A program made the translations under genes and the position numbers. From NCBI GenBank assembly GCA_973895155.1, contig OZ316895.1, positions 3,769,659 through 3,833,658 of the forward strand: a stretch of 64,000 nucleotides of DNA. The letters are read 5' to 3'. The notes below the pieces were generated by a model. The model searched no databases and was not told where the DNA came from. It saw only the letters and a list, made by a program, of their open reading frames with translations. This DNA is from Marsupella aquatica (Eukaryota > Plantae > Marchantiophyta). This document shows, piece after piece, positions 27,551 to 39,744 of this stretch (its first letter is position 1; every line of letters begins with the position of its first letter).

Positions 27551-28899
27551 CCAACCCCGATGGACCTTACATTTCAGTAAATAGCTCCAGAGTTTTATTC
27601 TGATAAGGAAATGAGCAGATGGACCAGAAAAGTAGGGATTTGTAAAGAATGAAACAGTGCTATTTGAGTAAATGTGGGTTTCTATGGTCCATCTGGGTTT
27701 TTCTGGCCCACCTGAGTAAACGTGACCCATGGGGGCTTGAGTTTCTTATTCTCCTGTTTTCATTTTTTAATTTGCAAACAAATTTATGCATTGGAAAGCC
27801 AGTTTAGACTACCGTAGGATGCCTATGATATTCATATAAGAAGAATTCTTTCAAGGTTTCGCACCCAACCCCACAATAATGTGTTAGTGGGTCCAGTATT
27901 TTTTCATATTTATTGAATTATTTAGTTATTTCAGGAACAGGGTTTAATGTTTCTGTACAGTACTGTAGTTATTTTGTTATTGAGAAAACAGAGCTGGGAC
28001 TAAGCTAGCCAAAACTGGATTTATGGAAATAACGTATTATCAAAACGATTGACACCAAGAGCGAAAGTCTGCCTTCCAGAGATGGTGGATGGAAAAATGG
28101 GGTAGTTTCCAAAATCAAGGAGGAAATCAAATTCCGTACACAATGGAAGAGCTGTATATGAGAGGCAATGCACCCAGGTTGTATTGCAATAGGCCAAAAC
28201 ACGTGGGCTGGCTGGATTGGAGATACGATGCAAAGAGTAGACCTAAAAACATTTAGGTCAGGAGAAACTAACATGGCCACCTCCAGCCTGTCTTTAAGGT
28301 TTTTCCTTTTTGCAAGTGAGGCTAATGTCAGCCTGTGTAAAGGAGAAGATCCTAGGAATTCTCCTTGTTTGATGTCTTGAACTATTTTCTGACCATTGCT
28401 ATTCCTAGATTTAAGGTGGGCCATTAGGGGGACCATTAGATTCTTGCTAATGGTGTATGTGGCAAACAAAAATCTAGCGAATTTCGGCCAAGATGGTGAA
28501 TTTGTTTTATTTTCATCACGGGAAAAATGCCTAGCCACCTGGATCTGAGAGCAAATAAAGTAAATTTCACATGATTATCGCTAGTAAACCGAGTTACCAC
28601 TAGGGTAAACTAAAAAGACATAGGGAGTTGTTGGTGTCTTCATGATCAGTATTCATCAGTTAATGACTTCTGCTCCTACAGCTCTCTGCTGAATTAATTT
28701 GCTCATTGCGCAAATATTAAATACCCAGTAGACATTCCCCAACCATGAACCATTCGTTCGTTTCTGGGCTCATTCATTTAATCATTTCACTCAATCTGGA
28801 GTTAGAGGAAGGGAAGCTGATGAATGGCTTCCCCAACGTGGACACACACGCTCACTCTCCCACTCTGTTGTGGATCATTAATTGATGAAGGTTTGGGGA

Positions 28900-29650
28900 G
28901 GGTTGGGGAAAGGCATTAGGGTGGGCACCACAGTATGGCACATTCATTGCAATAGTTAATTAATTGGGCTTCGATGTCTTATAGTCATGGACATCCTTGG
29001 GGACGATGATGGTAATGGTCCGCGCGGTTCTTTGGGTAATTGGGTGAATGGGTTGAAGTTTGACTCACCAAACTACCAAAGGGAGGGCACACTCATTTCA
29101 TTGGTTGCTTGATTGCTGTTCAATATATTATATTCTTGATAGTAATGGTGTGCTGCTTCTTTGTGTGAATCGGTTGCACCCACAGTAAAGCAGATTCAGT
29201 CTACTACTCTACTTGTTAGTGAAGACATTGATTTGTCTTATATTCATAAACATTCCTACTTTGGGATGATGAAGGTAATGTTCTGCTCCTACTTTCGGGT
29301 AATCGGGTGAATGGGTTTAGGTTTACCGAAGGAAGGCACATTCATTCCACTTTTACTAAACTAATTGCAGTTCAATATCTTCTATTCATGGGCATCTTTT
29401 TGGAATGATGCTGATAATGGTGAGCTGCTTCTTTGGGTGAATGGGTTGGGGGCACACAGTCTAGCACATTCACTCCATTGGGGTTCAATGTCTTGCATTC
29501 ATGGAGATCCTTTGGGATGAGGGTAATGATCTGCTGATTCTTTTTGTGAATTGGTTTGGAATTTTGCGGTCAATGGGTCGGGGTTTTATTCACAAGACGG
29601 AGGGCACATTCATTCCGTTCGTTAATGAATTGTGGTTTGAATACCTTTCT
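28900..29650. repeat. Degenerate tandem repeats (gggtgaatgggtt / gcacattcatt / ttgggatgatg)
   Basis: The motifs recur several times with variable spacing. Confidence 0.65.
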
Positions 29651-31768
29651 CTGGGGTTTAGTGCTTTATTGAAATGTATAAGGGGTTGACTATACTAAAA
29701 TTGACACCCGTTGGTTTCGTAGTATAGTAAATGTGACAAATTGGTGTGCATTTCATTGGGGATGGGAGTAAGACTTTGGCACCCTTTTAATGACTTGTCT
29801 TAAGTCAAGGGGAATTGGGGATATTCTTCTTGGCCATAATCAATGCCTCCTCTATGCACAACTAGCTGGATTTCTCTGAGGGAGGAAATCCATGAATAGA
29901 GTCTATTAACAGGCTAAAAATATACAGAAGTGCACCAAACTCCAGACATTCTAAAAGGATGAAAGCACATCCCATAAGAAACAGAAGGTGCGCAAAGGGA
30001 GCACAATAAGGGCCAACTCGCATGTAAACACTCCTTCACAATGCAGCCCTTACCTCATGCGCCACTTCAGGGAAAAGTGTGATCTGCTATACCAATCAGA
30101 GAAACCAGTACAAGGTCTTCGTTGATCATTCTGTCAGCGACAATCCAGGACGTGCTATGTATAGAAGCTTGAGGTTTGTTTTATTAGCAAAGTAGAGGTC
30201 AGGACCTGCAAAGGCCGGAAAGTTTCCGGACCTTGCCCTTGGGTCCCCACCAGACCTGCAGTCAGGCCTGCCGAAGGAGGGGCTTATGGGATTGCACAAT
30301 TGCCAAGTCTCATCATGACATGTTGCCGTCTAAGGGCCGCATTGTGAAGGACTCTCAACATGCGAGTTGGCCCTAAGCCCAAACACGACAAGAGGAACCC
30401 TAGTCCAAGCCTTAGCAACAAAGTCTGATACAAAAAAGTTGGCATTGGAAACAAAAAAAATAGGCACAAAGAGGAAGTCCTACTGGAGTACTTGATGACA
30501 TTGCACAAGACTTTTGCACAGGTGAAATTTACAGATGTTGCGCATAGATTCAATCAATTTCTCTCATCTTTCTCATATGCTTGTCCAATAATTATGCTAT
30601 CCATGCACAGCAAGGAAGGATAATTAAAAAATTCTTCAAAAGTATAACAAATAACAACAACCGTTTTTCTGGGTGTTTGCACTAATCTAAGGGTGGCTTT
30701 ACAAGAACTTGGGGGCAGCAATTCTTTTTTTTCCTAAGTGAGAGATGCAATCCTAGCCATTCATATGTGGAAACTGGCCACACCTCACTTTACATGAACT
30801 TGAGGGCACAATCATCCCAAAGCATGACCAAACCTAGTCATCTGTCATCTGTCAGTGGGGCCCTTGTGTGTCCTTTTTTGCTGATATGTGCAAGCTTTTT
30901 GTCAAAAACTTAGTCCTCTTGAGGTGGTCTAAAAAATTGGAGCAAATTGCCCCTTATTTTCAGGGAATTGCATTGATTACTTCCAAACCTGACACATTTT
31001 GGCTCAGGCATTTTAACTTTTGTGTAACAAAATGGTCATCATCTTTGCTTTTGGACGGAGAAACACTGAAGGACCCCCACCTTCTTGTAAAGCCCCCCTA
31101 AATGTGTCACTGCCCACATTGGCCCAAACCTAAAAAAATGTTCATATTGCCTCACAACACGGGGCGACTGGCCTTGTTGTGCAGCGTCACCCATCACTAG
31201 CACTATAGCATTCCTCAGCTGGCAACAATCAATATCTTCGTGCTCCATAAAAAAATAACCTGAATTTCTATATCCCATAGATTATTATTATATCTTTGGT
31301 GAACAGGACCAATTTTACTTTATCAAGATATTATCCTAGCAAAACGCTGACTGCGCGGGAGGCTACGATTCAAGAAACGAGTACTGTACAGTTAGTATTG
31401 TATACAGTACTGTACCTGTTGTTTACTTTTCGTACAGCCATAAGTGTGGTTGGGTATCGACCGTACAACACGGTAGGTTACGGTATTTTTACCACTGTAC
31501 AGGACAATTTACTCTACGATGTTTTCGTCTGACTGGGCAGTGGCTCAATCTGCCCGCTCCTATTGTTCCTTTTTGTGTGCTGCCCGAGACGAAAACGAAG
31601 GAGAATTTAAGGATTTGTTTTGGGCTGCCCACCTGCCCAGCCACTTGTTTGTCTGCCGGTCATTGGGCGACGAGAACGAGGCGTAGGGTACCAAGTGTCC
31701 ACTACGATAAAGTAGTGAAAGAAGTGTTTTATTTCTACCATTTCTTTCTATTGGGGGAGGTTGGGGGA

Positions 31769-32495
31769 CCCGGTTTGAAGTGACAGGGCGACGGGCAATT
31801 TGCCGACTTGCCCGGCACGTAAACTCGGCATTTGCCGGACCAAAATGCCCCTATTTGACGGATATTCGCACTTATTCCCCGGCCCGGCCCGAACTCTTTC
31901 CGGCCAAAACCCGGCCTCCTCCCGGACCCTGCCTGTCTTCCTCACCTGGACCCGGCCCGGCCCGGCCCCAGACCCGGCGCCTATGCTCCCGGCCTCCTCC
32001 CCTCCTCCCCGCTGGCCCTGCCCTGCCCGGCCTCCTCCCCTTCCTCCCTGCCGTCAGTCCCTCCTCCCCTCCTCCTCCTGAACCCCTCCTCCCCTCGCGC
32101 ACTCCCCTCCCCTCCTCCCTCCTCCTCCTCGCGAACCTCGCTTCCCTCCTCCCCACCTCCTCCTCCCGAACCCCTCCTTCCCTCCTCCCTCCTCCCCTCC
32201 TCACTAAATCCCCCTCCTGGGCCTCCTGAACTACCCCTCCTCCTTGCCGGCCCTGCCTACGGCCCAGCCCACCCCCGCCCGACCCGGTCCTATGTGGTGG
32301 GCCGGGGCCGGGAGTGTGTAAAGAGGGGAGACCGGGGGATGGGGCCGGGGGACGGGGGTGAAGTGTCAAACTCGGGCCGGGGCCGGGGGATGGGGCCGGG
32401 GGATGGGGCCGGGGCCGGGACCGGGATGGTTTGGGTGCCAACTTGCCGGTTGATGGCCTCTAAAGGCTCTATTTGCCGGGCAAGTCCAAACCGGG
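31769..32495. mobile_element. Non-autonomous TIR DNA transposon (727 bp), 9-bp TIR CCCGGTTTG, 8-bp TSD TTGGGGGA
   Basis: cccggtttg at 31769-31777 and caaaccggg at 32487-32495; identical ttggggga at 31761-31768 and 32496-32503. Subterminal GACTTGCCCGGCA occurs near both ends in inverted orientation. The interior is GC-rich with no credible ORF. Confidence 0.85.
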
Positions 32496-35400
32496 TTGGG
32501 GGAGGCTGGGGGAGGAAGTGGTGGTAACCCATGGCCTGGAGGGCGGTGGGCCATTCGGGTTACAGCCATGACCCCCCAGTGTTCATGGATTGACAACCAT
32601 AAACTCAGTGTAGTTTTGTTCTATTTTTTACCCAATAATTGTGCTTTAGTTTTTATTGAGCTTTTAACTACATTGGCACTTCTGATGCTCTAATTTACAA
32701 TAGTGACATTATTTTTAACCTATATATGAATATGTCACAGTTCTAGTATATTCTCACTTTTGTTATTTTGTTGAGCTTGTAATCTTTATACAAACTGTGA
32801 CATATTTGTAAATATAAAACACATTATGATAATATTATCAATTTGAATATCATTAGTGACAAGATGATTAAAAGTTGAAATTTCATAACCCATATGGGCT
32901 AGCTAGGGGGCCTAAATCTCATAACCCCCAAGGCCAGGCCAGCAAGGGTTTAGGGTTTAGTGAGCTTTAGAACTCTATGCCCAGTAATTCATGGCCTATT
33001 TCATGGGAACTGGTTGTTACCGTCCTTGAGTCATGGGCTATCCTGCATGTAAGCTCCTCCTGTAGTTTTTTTCTTTTGTATGTCTCTGAATGGTTATGAG
33101 CCAGAGTGGACCAGAGTTCCCAGTGTCCACTACAATAGAGGGTAGGGTGGGGGCGGGGTGAGGGTGCGGGAGAACGTGTAACATAATCCATCGGCCCTGA
33201 AAGTGGTTAGCCAAGGGGTTACAAGTTACAACCAGACACCTCAATAGAGGCCATGGATTATTGGGTGTAGAGTCTGAGTACCAAATGTCCACTACTATAG
33301 AGTAGTGAAGTAATGAGAGAAGATTGCTGTCTTCCACTTTTTAAATTTTTAAAAATTTGTTTGGGGTGGCTGAAAGATAACCATGGCTCTGAGGGTAGTT
33401 ACAAACAGTACTCCCCAAAGAAGCCATGGATTATCCAAAACAAGCTATCCATCAGGCCATGGGAAAAATGAGATGACAGGCAGAGAGCAGAAGAGATACT
33501 TCAAATTGTTGGATTCGCAATAAAAAATTGGTGCCAAATTTAAAACACAAGGCTTTACTTCCATGTGCTACATAGCTTCTAACCTACAACGTTATAAACT
33601 GAGAAATGAAATATTTAAGGGCAGTTCCGAAAGCTTGTCTCCTAAAGTTCGTCCAGGGGAGCCACTTTAAAATGTATTAAAACTCACAACAAGAAAATTC
33701 CCTACTTTAGTTCATATTCAACACGACGTGTGATGCAAAGTCTTGTACCGAATTTGGGGTGCTTAGACAGTTCAAACAAACAATGAACAAAACTCAGTAA
33801 ACATGATGGCAAGCTCAGAAAGACCAAAATTGATACAACTTTAAGGAGCATTATGACAACAGAATGGATTGGGTGAAAGGTGTCTATGGGCCCAATGTCT
33901 ACAACATCATCATTCTAAGTAGACTCTTTCATGTGTTGTGTGTCTCACTCTACGTTTGCAACCCTTTCAGGTCTATACTATTCTCACACTTTGTGGTGGG
34001 GGTGGGGGGCATCATTCCTTCTCTCCGTTGATACACTAGGTGCCAACAACATTGCATAAGCACATGATGATATACCCTGATGAAGTGAAAAGGCGACAGG
34101 ATTGTCTCACCCAGACACAAAGCCTAGAGGAAAAGCTGGGCCCTGCAGGGACTATTGATGTACACTGTGCACTGCAATTAGTGCCACTCACATTAATTAT
34201 CGTGATGCAAATTATGGGCTACACTGAAGGATTAGTGTTCCCTAAATTTAGAAATTCATATTTTAGAAACTGTTTTTGGCCCAATGGAACCACGGTAGGT
34301 GCCGAGGTTTGCATAAAACTCCCTGACCTACTATGCATGCATTAGTGGAAAACCATATCCTTCTCTTGTTGTTAGTAACACTAATCTCCCATTCACAATT
34401 ATTAGATGCTAACCCTAATAGCGAGGCATGTAGAAGTAGGTAGTAGTAACTATCCGGATTATACTTTTTGTTGTTTGAAATGGAATTCCTTCATCCGCTA
34501 GTGATTTGTGAGGGCACATTGGCCAATCCGACACACCCCCACATGCCAATAGGTAATACACTCTTGACAATCTCATCACAATATGTTAAAGGCTAGGTGT
34601 CACAGCAACCACAGTAGGAGTAACAGAAAGGAAAGATCCCCTTGTTTTTACAAACCATACTCAAGTAAGCACGTGGTTGACAATTACGCGGTACCTTCGA
34701 CAAATCACCGAGAGGTGGCTCCCTAGAGTTTCATGGCAAGAGTAGTGGGGGTTTCTTTGCAAAGCTGTGGGTGATTCTTCTGCCCATGCCAACGTGTTCT
34801 AGTATTAATCAGGCTTTGTCCCATTCTCCCAACAAGGAAAGGAAACGCCACATATGAAAATATGAGTGCTGAAGTAGAAGGTTTGTGAACTCCTTACTGC
34901 ATTGTTTCCGGGAAGGAATGGATGAAGCCTTCAAGACACTAGCCAGCTACAGGACCCACCTAATTAAATACTTAACTGAAAACTAAACAACCTATCTAGA
35001 AAACCTGTCATTGGCTTCCAAGGAAACAAATTGCAAATGCTTTGGTTCAACTCAACTTTATCTTGATCAATCATTAGTGGGAGGTAGGATGATGACTTCT
35101 CATAGAATGTTTTGTGTCTTACCTTGGGAAGATGGCGACTAAGTTAATTCAGATCATAGGTTATATAGAGTTGCTTTTGGGGGTATGGTACTGTATAGCA
35201 GGGAAGTGGTTTCCTGAAATTCTGGGTCCTCTTTCACAAGTCAAAGTGGGACACCCAATCAATCATTATTACTGAGTGAAAGGTTTTGGTCGCCAGTTAA
35301 AAGTTTTTCTCCTTAGTCTATCCATGGATACAAATGATTACATGAAGTACACTTTTGACAATAATGCAATCTGCAGTGGCAGCAGTGTATTGGAGGAGAG

Positions 35401-37064
35401 CAATCTCACCACAGAGAATATTTGTAGAAATCAAGCGAGACTATAAAGCTGATCTATAATTTTCTTATTATTTTTGCATGTAATAGTCATCCAAATGTCA
35501 CTCATGTGAGACACGGAAGCTACCCAATACCAAAAGGCGGCAGATAGACCATACTTAATAAAAATCCGACCTGGTTTTGGACTATGAGCTAAGGGGGAGG
35601 CGGCTATGGTGGTGTATGGGCAGTAGGATGCAAGGTACAGAGACCGTTCAGTGGCTTTTTGAGTAATATGTTCATTATGACCTAGGTTCAATTAGGATGA
35701 ATGTAATGCCTAAGTATGGTAATCAAAAAATTTAAGATGAAATTAACAGGGTACTCTTACAGGTACTCAATGCAAAATAATACTGTTTTTGCTGTCCAGA
35801 AAAAAAACTATGTTTGAGTTTATGCTTTGTTGCTCTCTCCATCTCTAACTAGAAACTTTTGCAGCTAATGTCATTAGCTAGTAAAACCTTACTTTTGTTT
35901 CTACAGTAGAGGAGGGGGGTAGCATGAAACCTGTCCTAGACAAGAAGCTGCTCTTTTCTTCTTAGGTTTATGGTTAGCTCTAAGTCTTCTTGTTCCTTGA
36001 TGTTGTTCATGTCCTGCAAGACCCTTTCATTTTGTACGAGACACCTTTCGTGCTTGATTGGTTTGATAGTTTTTCCAATCATGAAAGAAATTAGTGAAAG
36101 AAAAACAATAATGTATATTGCTGGTCTTAGAGAAAGAATTGCATATCAGACATCCATGCCAGGGCATGGACATGATTAGGCTTATTAACAAAATCCAGAA
36201 GTTTGACAGTCACTCCCAAATCAGGAAAGAATAAAGCGCCAGAGTCATCTCAAAGCATGCATATCTTGTTTTGTGGGACACACATGCCCTCTTTTTCTGA
36301 AAGAAAAAAGCGCATCCAAATCCTAATCAATAATCATATCCGACATACAAAATTCTCAATAATCATACACATAGAGGCTGGTCTGCTTACAATGCGCCAC
36401 AAACTCCTGAAGAGCCCCACGTAAAATCCCATCCATGCACTATTGCAGCAATTGGCTCTTTTCATTAATTGACCTTAGGACATGTTATCTAGAGTCCCTC
36501 TAGTAGTAGCACGGATTGGCTCGCTGTCCAATTGCTCCCACTCATCAAGTTGACAAAGACAAACCGGGTCTTTCCACTTGACCATCAGCTCATATTTTAT
36601 TCCATAATGGACACAGAAATCCTCCACATATACCTTTTCTCTTACTCCCTCAAAAACTGGAAAAGCTTTGTCCTTCCCAAATGCTTCCATTACATTTCAT
36701 TTCATTACAATATTATAAGTCAACATTGTTTCCACTTCTCCTAGAGCGATGATGATGACGATTTGCTCCTTTCTTAGTAATAACTCCCACTTAATCAGGG
36801 TTCTCCTATGAATGATCTGCTGATGATTTGGAGATTCGATTTGCATTCAAATTGATTTAATACAAGCGGCCTTGGAGTGGTCCCTCCAAATTGGCAGGTG
36901 CCGTGTGATGTGGCGCCAACCAAAGAGAGCCCCTTCTTCTCAGAAATGTGCCCTCCACTAGTCCAGTCCAGTCCAGTCCAGTCTTGGGACGGGGCCAGAC
37001 AGTCATCCCTCTGCTTGTGAAGCGCCTTAGGGGGCCTATGCTCTCTCTGTGGGCCCGTGCTTTT

Positions 37065-37185
37065 TACTGTACCTTGCCTTGTCATAGGGGTAACTTGGTT
37101 CACTTTAACTTACCTGACAATGGTGGTAGTTTGGTTCATATTACCTTACCTTACAGTGGTGGTAATTTGGTTAACATTCTTCAAT
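37065..37185. repeat. ~39-bp minisatellite, 3 copies
   Basis: ttacct...ggta.tttggtt.a recurring. Confidence 0.7.
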
Positions 37186-38254
37186 GACAAAAACTGTTTT
37201 TACTTGCTTACATTTCCTTTTTTACAGTGCTGCACAGCCGGAGCCACGCAAGACAGGGCATAGAATGATCTCGTCATTGTTGGGTTGCTACTTTTGCCGG
37301 TGGTCATTTTGATTTTTCCCTACCAAAAGGATTTTGCTGTCTACTTTTCTCTGGTGGTATGCTGAGTGAGAAGTAGCCAGAACATGTGTTCGTGGCCTGT
37401 TTGGGCTGACCATTCAGTTTTCTGGGGCATTTTGCCTCATACGAACTTTCTCAAGTTATGGTGTCTGGAATTTAGTTTCCTCATTCCTGAAACTGGCCCC
37501 ATTTTTTTCCAGCCCACTGTTTTTGGGCGGTTCAGATTTTGCCCTTTAGAAAAAGTAGAAATAACTTGTGCAAACCAGATTACAACTACAGCACCTGACC
37601 TGAGGAAGGGGAAGGAATATGATGCTTGGATGGACCAATCTTGTGAACCTTGCAACCCATGGATCAGGCTCACTCTTCACCAGTAAAATGTGATTTGCTT
37701 ACAAAAGGAAATACACTATTTGAGTACAAAAACCGTTTTTGCACTAGTGAGACCCGGAGGCTGCAGCCAAAGAGCCAGAAATCTTTCCAATTCTTGAATT
37801 CTTTGGAACTCTCATGGCAAATGGCTGACAGTCATGGGCATGCAGATGAGTCTTGATTGAAATGGGCCTTCAATAATGCACTATGCCATTCTTCTCGGTA
37901 TGTGCATCTTCTTCTCCCAGGTGGTTTCCTTCCTCACTGAAACTCTCGGAAATATATGGTCTGGGTAAGTTCGACAGTTTGATGCAGTCTGTTTTTAATA
38001 GTATTGTGATTTAGTGGTGGTTACTACAAGCAAATGATTGCGCAAATGCTGCTGTGTTATCCTAAGGAGTCTACAGTATGCCCTCAACTCATACATCAAT
38101 GTTCATAGATCACGAATTCAAATTCGATTATCCACGAATACGTCCGAATTTGGTACCAAATCCATTTCTGTTTTTGCACTCCAGTTTAAGCGCAAGGTGT
38201 ATTCCCCGTCCGCTTCTTCTTTCTTAAGGATTCACCCCTACAAGTAGGATTGCT

Positions 38255-38380
38255 TGTCAGTCCAATTCTACTGCTCAAGACAATTTACACATTACCTATG
38301 TACACTGGAACCGAAGCTCACACATGGTCAATGTCAGAAGACATTTCATTATCGTTTCAAGCAGTAGAATTGGACTGACA
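38255..38380. repeat. Perfect 21-bp inverted repeat (hairpin; MIRNA-like or MITE-like)
   Basis: tgtcagtccaattctactgct (38255-38275) and agcagtagaattggactgaca (38360-38380). Confidence 0.9.
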
Positions 38381-39744
38381 CTAAGACTGGCCCCGTTCCA
38401 CCCATAGTTTCTTGAATTCAATACAAGCAGACGAGGAGGTATATTTGGATTGTAGAGTATATGGGGACTACATTGCCTTAAGAGAAGTCACAACAGCTCC
38501 TCGTCCCCTCCGCCCCACAGTATGCGTATGAAATTTCACCTCGGCAAAATGTTTGTAACTACGTGGCTAGAATAACCAAGCTCATCTTGACAAACAATGG
38601 CTACAACGTTTGTTCAGAGAGAGCCGGTGGCTATTTAATTTTGGTCATTAAAAAACCAGAGGTTTACATTCCTCCGTGACTTGCGTTCGTTATCGGACAG
38701 ACAATACTCGAAACTGCCAACTTGGCCATGGTGGCCTTTCAAACAATTCCCAGTTATCCAGTGACTCTTGCTTAACCTTCCTTCCATGAATTTCAACCAT
38801 CTCTGGCCTTCAAGCGGAGAGAAAAAATGAAATTATAGTCCAGAAGACCCAAGCGGGCCATGAGGCCATGAGAAACGTAACGCGACGGCTAACTGCAGAT
38901 GAAAGGAAAGACGACGTACCACTAATTTAAGTACTTCGGTTAGATAACTTCATCCCCTCAGAATTAAATTTATCCATGAACTTAAGAAGATGCAGAGTCC
39001 AGATTGAAGCTTCACATACCTTGGATGCCAGAGAATGAGATGAACATTTCGTGAATAGCTCGTCGAGGGAGTCTCCACGACTCTGGCTAATGATCGCAAT
39101 CTCATCTTCATCACAATTTCTAGTCGTGCTTCGGATTATCCGAATCCCGAGTTTCGTACAAGTATCTGCTCTACCCAAGAAAAATATAGTTGCTAACAAC
39201 ATTTCCTTGCCAATGCTGAGGGATATTGGCATGAACCAGAGATTATTGCACAAAAAGGGAAACTTTGATGCATCTGGTCTTGACATCCATAAAGATTGGA
39301 AAACGGGTAGTATCTAATCTTTCAGGGGTAAAGCATCCATAAACAAACACCTTGAGATACCACTCTCCCAACGAACCTTCTAAACCATGTGGCGCCCAAA
39401 ATAGGACTGGTTTAAACATTAGAAATAAATCCCATTTCTGATGGTAAACCCACTGTCCCTTAACCAGCTTGCAATTACAGGCCACGCGCTTGATGACTAA
39501 GCTTTGATACAATACTGTGCTCATCAGGCTGACTACAAAGTCTCAGCAACAGAATTAAATAAGAATGTGCAATCAATGACCAGCTCCCCGCCTGACCTTG
39601 GTCAACGAGAAGCGGTGACTCAATTCAAACATGAGTGGGGGAGTGATCCATCTTTTGTATACTAATCCCTAATAGTGTCCTGGGAGTCGACATTGAATAG
39701 AATGTCTGGCACTATTTGATCGTAGCTAGCAATGAGCCGTAGGA

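Noticed and set aside
28005-28538. 177-aa ORF
   Set aside because: No recognisable motif, non-ATG start and no supporting exon context.
30280-31280. Possible decayed transposase
   Set aside because: Could not recover any diagnostic DDE or zinc-finger motif by eye.
31780-32596. Pro/Gly/Arg-rich ORFs
   Set aside because: Open frames are a by-product of GC-rich low-complexity sequence inside the TIR element.
32945-32960. Interstitial telomere array
   Set aside because: Only about two TTTAGGG units; at most a telo-box.
36475-36690. Possible retrotransposon gag fragment
   Set aside because: Only a vague resemblance; no LTR, PBS or pol motifs nearby.
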